DNA of 32,000 nucleotides, taken from assembly GCA_964543385.1 (NCBI GenBank), contig CAZIYE010000001.1, positions 150,001 through 182,000 on the forward strand, given 5' to 3'. The position numbers and the translations under genes were made by a program. This DNA comes from an uncultured Candidatus Saccharibacteria bacterium. GTDB taxonomy: Bacteria; Patescibacteriota; UBA1384; XYA2-FULL-43-10; 1-14-0-10-43-13. Shown piece after piece: positions 8,035 through 15,658 of this stretch. Position 1 is the stretch's first letter. Each line of letters starts with the position of its first letter. The notes below the pieces were generated by a model. It was not told the DNA's origin, made no database searches, and worked only from the letters and a program-made list of their open reading frames with translations.

Positions 8035-8054
8035 TATATCAGATTAAAACAGCA

Positions 8055-8348
8055 CTACAAATTGGAAATTTCGTCTCTGATTCTTTTTAGCTCGAAGCTT
8101 TTGTCTACTTCACTCTCTATATTATCCAGCTCCTCTAAAGATTTCTTTATCTGCAGTAGCTCTGTTATATAGGCTTTATTTATATTATTACTCAGCTCTA
8201 TATACTCTTCAACAAGATTCACATAATACTCACCCTGATCCTCTTTCGTCCATTCGGAGTTAATAAATGTCTTGAGAAGCGCTTTAGCTTCATCGTATTT
8301 CCCTTGGCTAAGCAATTCGTTAAATTGAACATTATCTAAATTTGGCAT
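8055..8348 (-). CDS. Hypothetical small helical protein (97 aa)
   Basis: ORF 19 nt downstream of the 436-aa gene, with a terminator after it. No family recognised. Confidence 0.55.
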   Translation of the reverse strand: MPNLDNVQFNELLSQGKYDEAKALLKTFINSEWTKEDQGEYYVNLVEEYIELSNNINKAYITELLQIKKSLEELDNIESEVDKSFELKRIRDEISNL

Positions 8349-8367
8349 AATTTGCCTTTCATAAAAA

Positions 8368-9678
8368 TTAAATAGTTTTGACTGCTTGAGTTCTTCCTAG
8401 CATCAATGTCAGTTGTGCTGCTCTAGGTGAACTCTTCTCCGCAACTGGTATTGCTGTAAGCTCAGCCTGTATGACACTCTCCATCATATCTCTGGCTGCC
8501 TTGTTACTGATATTGGCATGGAGAAAGTTATTAAATTGTCCCATTTTTGTAGTGCTGATAGCCCTTGCGTCTTTACCCAGATCAGCTGATGACGTAACTT
8601 CTCTTTTATAAACCTCAGTCATCATTTTTTGCATTTCTGCATCAAATGCTGGATCGCTACCGCCCCATACATCACCCATTTCATCTAGAGTTGAAGCTGC
8701 ATCATCGGTATCGAATACCTTATCTTTAGCTTTTTTGCCCGGACCCTTGATGATGGCATCTTTTGCTATCTTTAAGAGAGTATCGCGTAGAGTATCAAAA
8801 TCCTCTAGGTTATCCAATATCTCTTTGCGGGTAACACCAATTTGTTCAGTAAGGGTAGCTTTCTCCGTTGCTTTGACAGCGATATCTTTACTAGCCTCTG
8901 CTAGTCCCTTGATCCTTTCATCTAATTTTTTCTGAGAAAGTTCATATTGCTGTTTTTCAGCAAGCTCTCCATCTGACAATCTTTGTCTACCAAAAGATCT
9001 TAGAGTATTTTTAAATCTACCCCACCCGTTGAATCTTTCTTTACCGATTTTATCTTTAGCATCAGTATAAGCTGTTTCATTACCTGTTCTTACATCTGCC
9101 CCCTTATCCGCTTGAAGCTGCCAAGCAGCAGCAGTCTCAGTAAGACCCTCTTGAGTTAATTGGTGGTCCTTCAATTTATATTTAGATTTTAATTCCTGAT
9201 CAATCTTCTTTGCATCATCAGTAAATTTATTGAAATCATCAATCAGTTTCATATATTTCTCAGCGAAGTCCGGATCAGTTGCAGCCTTTTTGCCGAGATG
9301 AGATTCTATAGCATCACTAGCCTCCTTGAGGTTATCACCTTGAATAATCTTTAGCTTGCCTACAAATTCGTCAGACAAGAATTTCTTGAATTTATCCAAG
9401 GCAGGCTTAATCTTTGTATCATAATTTTCTGCCCAACTTGCAATCTCAGTAATATTGCCAGCCCCTGCTAAATAAGCGTTCATATCCAGGCTCTTTTCTT
9501 TTTGCGCTCTTGCCTGAACATATGCAAAAAAACCAGGGTCTCCGAGCTTGGCCTCGACATTTGCCTGGTCATATAGATTTGCATTTTCAGTGGAAATATT
9601 CCCCATCTCCTGACGAACGTCAGCCTCTGGAAGACTTTGAGCGCTTGGTACATCGACACTATATTTTCCCTCTACCAT
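8368..9678 (-). CDS. Hypothetical alpha-helical protein (436 aa)
   Basis: ATG preceded by GGAGGTGAT. K/E/D/A-rich helical-looking sequence. No family recognised. Confidence 0.65.
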   Translation of the reverse strand: MVEGKYSVDVPSAQSLPEADVRQEMGNISTENANLYDQANVEAKLGDPGFFAYVQARAQKEKSLDMNAYLAGAGNITEIASWAENYDTKIKPALDKFKKFLSDEFVGKLKIIQGDNLKEASDAIESHLGKKAATDPDFAEKYMKLIDDFNKFTDDAKKIDQELKSKYKLKDHQLTQEGLTETAAAWQLQADKGADVRTGNETAYTDAKDKIGKERFNGWGRFKNTLRSFGRQRLSDGELAEKQQYELSQKKLDERIKGLAEASKDIAVKATEKATLTEQIGVTRKEILDNLEDFDTLRDTLLKIAKDAIIKGPGKKAKDKVFDTDDAASTLDEMGDVWGGSDPAFDAEMQKMMTEVYKREVTSSADLGKDARAISTTKMGQFNNFLHANISNKAARDMMESVIQAELTAIPVAEKSSPRAAQLTLMLGRTQAVKTI

Positions 9679-9747
9679 ATCACCTCCGAATTATATTTAT
9701 GATTATTATCACAAAAATAATTAGATAGTGTCAAATAAATGAGACTA

Positions 9748-10881
9748 TTATTTCTTCAGTTCTTTCATTAGATATAGGTATTGCCAAAGATTATGAAGTG
9801 TAGTCAGCCGTAATCCTAATATTTCTTTAGATCTTAAAAGGTGTGAAATATATGCTTTGCTAAATCCTTTACCATTTTTACAAGACGGACAGGCACAATC
9901 TATGTCTATTACATCAGAGTCAGTGCGATATTGAGAATTCAAAAGATTAATAAGTTTATATTCGTCCCCTTCTACTTTCCCCGCTCCCCTTTCTGCTTTT
10001 ACATAGACATTCCCATGTCTAGCAAGCCGCGTTGGTAAAACACAATCAAACATATCCATCCCAAGTTTTGTGGCTTTAATTATATCATCGGGAGTACCGA
10101 CACCCATCAGATATCGCTGTTTTTTTTCTGGTAGCATCTCACCCATTTGTTTCACAATATCCCACATTTCCCGTGTCTCTAAGTCAACTGCAAGACCGCC
10201 AACTGAGTAACCATCAAAATCAAGCGCTATTAGTTCTTTTGCTGATTTTTCTCTTAGATCTGGATAAAGTCCACCTTGGACAATACCATGAAGCAACGGA
10301 CGCTTCTCCACCGGTAAATCTTTTATTTGTAAATCAAAATATTCTTTTGCTCTCTTCGCCCAGACAGTTGTCAGTCTGATAGCTTCTTCCACAATCTTTT
10401 TGGAAGCGTTTCCGCTCGGACAAACATCGAGAGGCATTAATATATCAACTCCCAGATCTAGTTGTATTTGAATAACTTTTTCGGGAGTAAATAAGTGTTT
10501 ACTACCATCAAGAAATGATTTGAATTCCACGCCATCCTCAGTAATCTTGACTAAGGAAGCATCTTTTTTGTTTCCCCTATCACTAAGAGAAAACACTTGA
10601 TAGCCACCGGAGTCAGTGAGAATAGGGCGATCCCATTTCATAAAATTATGAAGCCCTCCTAATTCCTTTATCAATTTCTCACCTGGTCGGAGATACAGAT
10701 GATAAGTATTGGATAAAACAATTTGAGCCCCCAGATTTTCCAACTCTTCTGGAGAAACAGATTTCACACTGCCAACCGTACCGACAGGCATGAAAAAAGG
10801 CGTCTCGATCTTACCGTGAGGTGTATCAAGCTCGCCGATACGAACACCATTATCTAATTTTTGTATAAGTTTAAAAGACAT
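9748..10881 (-). CDS. tgt: Queuine tRNA-ribosyltransferase
   Basis: The translation carries typical TGT blocks: FMPVGT, LSNTYHL, TDSGGYQVFS, LMGVGTPDDI, and a zinc site C-x-C-x2-C (DCACPSC) with a downstream His. Confidence 0.9.
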   Translation of the reverse strand: MSFKLIQKLDNGVRIGELDTPHGKIETPFFMPVGTVGSVKSVSPEELENLGAQIVLSNTYHLYLRPGEKLIKELGGLHNFMKWDRPILTDSGGYQVFSLSDRGNKKDASLVKITEDGVEFKSFLDGSKHLFTPEKVIQIQLDLGVDILMPLDVCPSGNASKKIVEEAIRLTTVWAKRAKEYFDLQIKDLPVEKRPLLHGIVQGGLYPDLREKSAKELIALDFDGYSVGGLAVDLETREMWDIVKQMGEMLPEKKQRYLMGVGTPDDIIKATKLGMDMFDCVLPTRLARHGNVYVKAERGAGKVEGDEYKLINLLNSQYRTDSDVIDIDCACPSCKNGKGFSKAYISHLLRSKEILGLRLTTLHNLWQYLYLMKELKK

Positions 10882-10895
10882 ATTTGTTTTGTTGT

Positions 10896-10931
10896 GTGGT
10901 CAGGTCCTCCAAAGGAGGAGGGCCTGACCAC
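10896..10931 (-). terminator. GC-rich hairpin at the 3' end of island 2, with no U-tract
   Basis: GTGGTCAGG pairs with CCTGACCAC, plus an inner CCTCC/GGAGG helix with an AAA/TTT loop. It lies 19 nt after the island-2 stop and 15 nt before the tgt ATG. Confidence 0.5.
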
Positions 10932-10950
10932 GGAAGACCGACGATGTATC

Positions 10951-11295
10951 TTATATCAGTTCACTGCTGACACAGCAGAGGTCGATGACCTCTTGTCCGA
11001 TCTGACGAATAACCGTCGCGTACTCGTCATCGCCGAAATCGGACGAGCCGATCCACTGAATCTGGGCACCGATTGCCTCAGCAATCTTAACCGCCGTGTG
11101 GAAACTGCCAATCAGCTCTTCAGTTGGTGCATTCCGACAAATCGAAGCCGGAACTGACTCCAAGCAAGCTGCCAGAACCTCAAGCGGTAGCATGCGGCTA
11201 CCCAGACTTGACGTGCTTTCGACTCCGTAGATATCGTCATGTAGACGACGACGAAGCACATAAAGCGCATCTTGAAACCCATTAATGGCATCCAT
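10951..11295 (-). CDS. Island-2 orphan: small acidic cytoplasmic protein (114 aa from the preferred ATG)
   Basis: The track ORF begins at a GTG that is part of the RBS TAGGAGGTG. The ATG at 11295 lies 8 nt after GGAGG. No signal peptide. A counted line gives about 53% GC. No family recognised. Confidence 0.6.
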   Translation of the reverse strand: MDAINGFQDALYVLRRRLHDDIYGVESTSSLGSRMLPLEVLAACLESVPASICRNAPTEELIGSFHTAVKIAEAIGAQIQWIGSSDFGDDEYATVIRQIGQEVIDLCCVSSELI

Positions 11296-11315
11296 AAGTG
11301 CCACCTCCTAACATT

Positions 11316-11344
11316 TTTATAACATTTTTAGCAAAGATTGTCCA
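11316..11344 (-). promoter_or_regulatory. Candidate promoter for the island-2 gene (TGGACA-17-TATAAA)
   Basis: On the minus strand the -35 is at 11339-11344 and the -10 at 11316-11321. It lies in the AT-rich spacer between the rplL terminator and island 2 and overlaps a tandem AACATTTTTA x2 repeat. Confidence 0.4.
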
Positions 11345-11361
11345 TGACAGAGTCCGCCACG

Positions 11362-11389
11362 AAAAAAGAGCCCTTGCGGACTCTTTTTC
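11362..11389 (-). terminator. Bidirectional-type intrinsic terminator after rplL
   Basis: The minus strand reads AAAAAGAGUCC-GCAA-GGGCUCUUUUUU: a GNRA loop, an A-tract before the stem and a U-tract after it. Confidence 0.8.
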
Positions 11390-11421
11390 CAATATTCAAG
11401 ACTCTATATTATAGACTCTGA

Positions 11422-11826
11422 CTATTTCATTTCGACAGTTGCGCCAGCAGCTTCAAGTTTTGCTTTTGCAGCTTCAGCATCTTCTTTTTTAGCACCCTTT
11501 AGAACTTCTTTTGGAGCACCATCAACAAGATCTTTTGCTTCTTTAAGACCTAGATCAGGTTTGATCTCTCGAACAGCCTTAATAACATTGATCTTCTGAG
11601 CACCAGCGGCAGACAAGATAACATCGAAAGATGTTTTCTCTTCAACAGCTTCAGCAGGAGCAGCAGCACCACCAGCAACCATGGCAACTGGAGCAGCAGC
11701 AGATACGCCGAATTTCTCTTCAAGAACTTTTACAAGCTCTGCAAGGTCAAGAACTGATAGGTTCTCAATCTTTTCTACTAGTTCCTTGAATTTCTCAGGA
11801 ACAACAACTTCTTTTTTCTCTTCCAT
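11422..11826 (-). CDS. rplL: 50S ribosomal protein L7/L12
   Basis: Typical L7/L12 N-terminal helices, an Ala-rich hinge, and the C-terminal domain [11 protein letters not shown]...LKEAKDLVD...EAGA. Confidence 0.95.
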   Translation of the reverse strand: MEEKKEVVVPEKFKELVEKIENLSVLDLAELVKVLEEKFGVSAAAPVAMVAGGAAAPAEAVEEKTSFDVILSAAGAQKINVIKAVREIKPDLGLKEAKDLVDGAPKEVLKGAKKEDAEAAKAKLEAAGATVEMK

Positions 11827-11878
11827 TGTAAACCCTTTACTTAAATATTTATTAATAAAATACTAACTTACTTATTTT

Positions 11879-12400
11879 TTAAGCTTTTTTCTCTTTATAA
11901 GAATTCAATACATTTACCAAACCACGGATATTGCCTGCCAATACGTTGACCATCCCGGACAATGGTGCTGATATTGAACCGACCATCTTTGCCAATAATT
12001 CCTCTCGACTAGGAAGCAATGCAAGTCTTTTAACAGCTGATGCGTCAATCATCTTTTTTTCCAAGATACCAGCAAGAATTTCAATTGCTTCATGTTTCTT
12101 TGCAAAAAGATCGATTTCCTTTGCAGGTGCAACTTCATCTTCCATTGCGAAAGCAATCGCTACAGGTTTTTTGAAGATATTCTCATCAAATTCAATACCA
12201 TGCTTTTTCAATGCGATTTTAACCAAGGTATTTTTTGCAACATTGAATTGAACACCCTTTGCTCTCAAGATATTTCTCAGTTCTTCTGTTTCATTAACCT
12301 TCAAACCTTTATAGTCAACAATAACTGCAGATTTAGCAATCTGTAATTGACCATCTAACTTTGAAATTAACTCTTCTTTTTTTTGCTTTGTTTTTGCCAT
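11879..12400 (-). CDS. rplJ: 50S ribosomal protein L10
   Basis: L10-like translation located immediately upstream of rplL. Confidence 0.9.
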   Translation of the reverse strand: MAKTKQKKEELISKLDGQLQIAKSAVIVDYKGLKVNETEELRNILRAKGVQFNVAKNTLVKIALKKHGIEFDENIFKKPVAIAFAMEDEVAPAKEIDLFAKKHEAIEILAGILEKKMIDASAVKRLALLPSREELLAKMVGSISAPLSGMVNVLAGNIRGLVNVLNSYKEKKA

Positions 12401-12588
12401 TTTTTATCCGTATTTTTAAATATTAATAATTCTTAACAAAAAATCCTGCGACCAACGCAGGAAATAATAATTAAACTCTATAGCTCAGAACCTATAACTT
12501 TTAATTATCCTGCACGAGACTTACTTCAGATGAATGCTTGTGGTCATTGGGATAAAATTACTATAGCAAAAAGTGGTATAGACGTCAA
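12401..12588 (-). promoter_or_regulatory. rplJ promoter (TTGACG-17-TATAGT) plus an L10-leader-like 5' UTR ending in an attenuator terminator
   Basis: The -35 is at 12583-12588 and the -10 at 12560-12565. The leader ends in UCCUGCG-UUGGU-CGCAGGA plus U6 (12437-12462), about 35 nt before the rplJ ATG. This matches the known L10(L12)4 autoregulatory leader arrangement. The family assignment has not been checked against a covariance model. Confidence 0.55.
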
Positions 12589-12595
12589 CAGTTTC

Positions 12596-12630
12596 AAAAA
12601 CCGCCCATGCAGCAATGCTTGAGCGGTTTT
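12596..12630 (-). terminator. Intrinsic terminator after rplA
   Basis: The minus strand reads AAAACCGCUC...GGGCGGUUUUUG. Confidence 0.65.
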
Positions 12631-12650
12631 CTTTAGAACTTTATAACTTT

Positions 12651-13478
12651 CTACTTCTTCGCAACCTTGATACCAGGACCCATGGTTGTCGATAGATAAA
12701 TCGAATCAATTCTTTTAGGCAGGTGATCAATAATTGCCACAAAATTCTGTTTCATTCTATCTGCGCCAAACGATATTTTACCGATAGTCATATGAACAAC
12801 ATTCAATTTATCAGCTCTAAATTCAACTTTACCCCCCTTTAATTCTGCTGCTGCTTTTTTAACATCAGGAACTACGGTACCAGCTTTTGGAGAAGGCATT
12901 AGGCCTTTAGGACCTAAAACTTTAGCTAGTTGTGCTAATTTTGGCATTACCTTCATATCAGCAATCATAACATCAAAATCGATTTTTCCAGCTTTGATAT
13001 TGACTATAACCTCTTCTACATTATCTTCAATAACTTCCAATACTTTTTTCTCTTTGGTTACGCCACCTGGCAAGATTACCATGCCACGAGTATTTTTTTC
13101 CTTGATGTTTAATTTGACATGCATTTCTACGGTTGCATCAAACTTTGAAGGATTTGTTTCGAGGGCAAGAGCAATAGCCTCATCTACAGAATATTCTTTA
13201 TCTTTTTCAACCTTTTCAGCGATTTGGCGATATTTTTTGCCATGTCTAGGCTTTACCCTTTGCTGTACTTTTCTAGCAATTTTTTCCTCACGCTCTTCTG
13301 CTTTTTCCTTCTTCTCTTCTGCTTTCTTTTCTTCCTTCTCAGCTTCTTCTTGCATCTTGCGCAATTTCTCACGCTCTTCTGCTTGTTTTAGAACCTCTTT
13401 TTCCGAAAGTTCGACAGTTGCTTCTTGTACAACCTCTTCTAGGACTTTCTCTTCCTTTTTCACATCTTTCTTAACCAT
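12651..13478 (-). CDS. rplA: 50S ribosomal protein L1 with an N-terminal Lys/Glu-rich extension of about 75 aa
   Basis: The canonical L1 core starts at about HGKKYRQIAEKV. The ATG at 13478 has AAGGAG 5 nt upstream. The extension reads KEEKVLEE...EEAEKEEKKAEEKKEKAEEREEK. Confidence 0.9.
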   Translation of the reverse strand: MVKKDVKKEEKVLEEVVQEATVELSEKEVLKQAEEREKLRKMQEEAEKEEKKAEEKKEKAEEREEKIARKVQQRVKPRHGKKYRQIAEKVEKDKEYSVDEAIALALETNPSKFDATVEMHVKLNIKEKNTRGMVILPGGVTKEKKVLEVIEDNVEEVIVNIKAGKIDFDVMIADMKVMPKLAQLAKVLGPKGLMPSPKAGTVVPDVKKAAAELKGGKVEFRADKLNVVHMTIGKISFGADRMKQNFVAIIDHLPKRIDSIYLSTTMGPGIKVAKK

Positions 13479-13577
13479 TTTTCTCCTTTGTGGTACAAGC
13501 GTCCAAAAGATTAGACTCCCACTTAATTTAGTAATACTTTATTCTTATAACAAAAAAACTGTTTTTTGACAAGGAAA

Positions 13578-13599
13578 TCCCCCGCTATATAGCGAGGGA
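13578..13599 (-). other. Palindromic hairpin directly 3' of the tRNA-like gene
   Basis: The minus strand reads UCCCUCGCUAUAUAGCGGGGGA. It may be a processing or termination element. A U-rich run follows only weakly. Confidence 0.35.
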
Positions 13600-13604
13600 T
13601 AGGT

Positions 13605-13689
13605 TGGTCGGGGCCCCCAGAATCGAACTGGGAAATCTGCAGAGGATACTTTTGTATCTTGCAGCGCAACTTCCTGTTGCCAGGCCCTG
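13605..13689 (-). tRNA. tRNA-like gene (tRNA-Pro-like acceptor end, CCA encoded) with a non-canonical anticodon arm; no anticodon assignable
   Basis: My hand fold of the 85-nt minus-strand sequence gives the following. Acceptor CAGGGCC/GGCCCCG has one A2-C71 mismatch, C1-G72 and A73. The D arm is GCAA-CAGGAAG-TTGC. The T arm is CCCAG-TTCGATT-CTGGG. The variable loop is ATTT and the 3' end is CCA. The anticodon position holds CTGCA-A-GATAC-AAAA-GTATC-CTC-TGCAG, which is an extended stem with a tetraloop rather than a 7-nt loop. Confidence 0.5.
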
Positions 13690-13720
13690 AAAAAACAAAA
13701 ATCCGCGACTGTCGCGGATT
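13690..13720 (-). terminator. Intrinsic terminator after pth
   Basis: AAUCCGCG-ACAGU-CGCGGAUU is followed by UUUUGUUUUUU. The U-tract abuts the first base of the tRNA-like gene. Confidence 0.8.
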
Positions 13721-13751
13721 AGTTGCTCGGAGTTAAATTTGATTTTAAAAA

Positions 13752-14414
13752 TTACTGTGAATCAAATTTCACTTCAAGCGTATGAGCCGGAATTTCTGTC
13801 TTACTACCGAGAAATGGCATGATATATTTGATAATTTCTTCTATCATACTTTTTAGAACTGGCTTTTCTCTCTGGTTAAATTTTGACAATACAAAATCGG
13901 CAGTATCAATATTGTTCATTATTGGCTCTGGCTTGTCAGCGTCTCCACCGATGGCATTTATACCAATACGGATACGCAGAAAGCTATTGTCCCCCAACAA
14001 ATCAATAATGTTTTGCAAACCTTTTTGCCCGCCACTAGAACCCTCATGACGGATACGTGCTGTGCCAAGTGGCAAGTCTTTATCATCAGATATTACTATC
14101 AGATCAGAAATATCCATTTTGTAAAATGACATTATTTTTTGAACTGCTTGTCCAGAAAGGTTCATATAAGTCTGAGGTTTTACTAAAATTAACTTCTCAC
14201 CCTTATATAAAGTCTCTGCGATCATAGAATCAAACTTATCTGATTTCTGGAAATTAATGCATTCCCCATCCATCATCAATTCGTCATCGCAAATAATTTG
14301 ATCAAGAAAATAGAAGCCGGCATTGTGACGAGTTCCTTCATACTGTTTACCTGGATTTCCTAAACCAACGATTAATTTCATTATTTTCCATTCATCATTT
14401 TTTACATTTTTCAT
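13752..14414 (-). CDS. pth: Peptidyl-tRNA hydrolase
   Basis: Contains LIVGLGNPGKQYEGTRHNAGF and the rest of the Pth core. The ATG at 14381 (MKLIVGLGNPG) is an alternative start that fits the family N-terminus better. Confidence 0.9.
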   Translation of the reverse strand: MKNVKNDEWKIMKLIVGLGNPGKQYEGTRHNAGFYFLDQIICDDELMMDGECINFQKSDKFDSMIAETLYKGEKLILVKPQTYMNLSGQAVQKIMSFYKMDISDLIVISDDKDLPLGTARIRHEGSSGGQKGLQNIIDLLGDNSFLRIRIGINAIGGDADKPEPIMNNIDTADFVLSKFNQREKPVLKSMIEEIIKYIMPFLGSKTEIPAHTLEVKFDSQ

Positions 14415-14477
14415 TAATTTATCATTTCATTATTTTCCATTTAAATGGGTAATGAAAAACGATCAATGAGCAATTGA

Positions 14478-14783
14478 TTATAGCCCTGGTATCCCTAGTC
14501 CCCCCGCAACATCCTTCATTTTCTCTGCAGCGACAGCTTGCGCTCTAGAGATTGCCTGAGAGATAGAATTTTTCAAATCTTTCTCAAGCTCTCTTTTATT
14601 TTCTGGACGAAGAGCATCCTCAGAAATCTGAATCTCAGTTAGATGCTGCTCACCATTGAATACAACTGTTACCCATCCATCATTGCTGGAAGCTTCTACC
14701 TCGATATCCTTCAACTCTTTTTGGATTGCTTTTGCTTTTTTCTGTAATGCGTACAAATCTTTAATCTTGCCAAAATCCACCAT
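14478..14783 (-). CDS. ybaB: YbaB/EbfC-family nucleoid-associated protein
   Basis: 101 aa with the family-typical length and pattern: ...AKAIQKELKDIEVEASSNDGWVTVVFNGEQHLTEIQISEDAL... and a C-terminal GLGIPGL. Confidence 0.8.
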   Translation of the reverse strand: MVDFGKIKDLYALQKKAKAIQKELKDIEVEASSNDGWVTVVFNGEQHLTEIQISEDALRPENKRELEKDLKNSISQAISRAQAVAAEKMKDVAGGLGIPGL

Positions 14784-14866
14784 CTGTCTCCTTAGTAACT
14801 TACTTAATAATTTATTAAATTTACTTATATATTTTTACAATCTTGTCCAAATATTTTTCCGGTTGC

Positions 14867-15640
14867 TCATCTCTTGAAAAGTTTTGATAGAGCAAAAATA
14901 ATAATACTGAAAACAAAGGCTAAAATCAACAACAGGAGTATCGGGGATAGTAATACTAATATGCGATCAGTTGGAAAATTGACCATCTCCAAAAAGCTAA
15001 ACTTAAAATAAAAAATTATGGCAGCTAAAAATATGAGTAGCAACGCTGGAATCAAAATATTTTTCATGTCCTGTTTACTAGGAGTCATTGTAACCGCAAC
15101 AGAAAGAGCTAGATAAATAATTATCCAATTTTTATAATCAGATAGATTTATAGCGGAAACTAAATTCTTAAAATAACTTATTAGATCTTGATACTTGAAA
15201 GCAATAACATTTAAATCATATTCCTTCATACCAATCCAGCTTGAGAGGAAATAAATTGCGACAACTCCGGCAGCAAATGGAGCAATAGATATAAGGACTG
15301 GACCAATCACTGGTATTTTTGAAGATTCATGCTCTACACTACCACCGTCCTTGTCAAATAAAGAAATGCTTTTTATCTTTGCGCCAGTCAAAAAGCAAAG
15401 AAGTGCATGAGACAATTCATGCAAAATTACACCTGGCGATACAAAAAGGCGATACCCTAATCCTAAAAATGAATTAACAAGAAGACGATCAATCGCAAAA
15501 GAGATAAATAATATCAACAAAATACAAATCATGAGCTCCACTTCCCTAGACTGGAAATCAAATTTTAGAATAGGCCAAGAGAACCCATCTAATAACTCAG
15601 AGAAATAACTACTGATATTATCAATGTATGAATTTATCAT
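14867..15640 (-). CDS. Polytopic membrane protein with an intramembrane HExxH motif (M50B-like metallopeptidase)
   Basis: VILHELSHALLCFLTGAKIKSISLFDKDGGSVEH resembles the Peptidase_M50B signature. Several hydrophobic helices are present. Confidence 0.6.
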   Translation of the reverse strand: MINSYIDNISSYFSELLDGFSWPILKFDFQSREVELMICILLILFISFAIDRLLVNSFLGLGYRLFVSPGVILHELSHALLCFLTGAKIKSISLFDKDGGSVEHESSKIPVIGPVLISIAPFAAGVVAIYFLSSWIGMKEYDLNVIAFKYQDLISYFKNLVSAINLSDYKNWIIIYLALSVAVTMTPSKQDMKNILIPALLLIFLAAIIFYFKFSFLEMVNFPTDRILVLLSPILLLLILAFVFSIIIFALSKLFKR

Positions 15641-15658
15641 ATACCCTCCAGATAGTTT

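Noticed and set aside
12994-13569. 191-aa plus-strand ORF antisense to rplA. Many other antisense ORFs within core genes are similar, for example 11931..12251, 22264..22686 and 24974..25294.
   Set aside because: They lie antisense to well-supported conserved genes. Their Ser/Phe/Leu-rich translations are low-complexity sequence produced by the complementary strand of K/E-rich coding sequence.
13605-13689. An 11-nt mini-intron (archaeal/eukaryotic type) in the tRNA-like gene.
   Set aside because: No contiguous 11-nt deletion yields a 7-nt loop with U33 and a purine at position 37. The 1x3 internal loop is not a bulge-helix-bulge motif.
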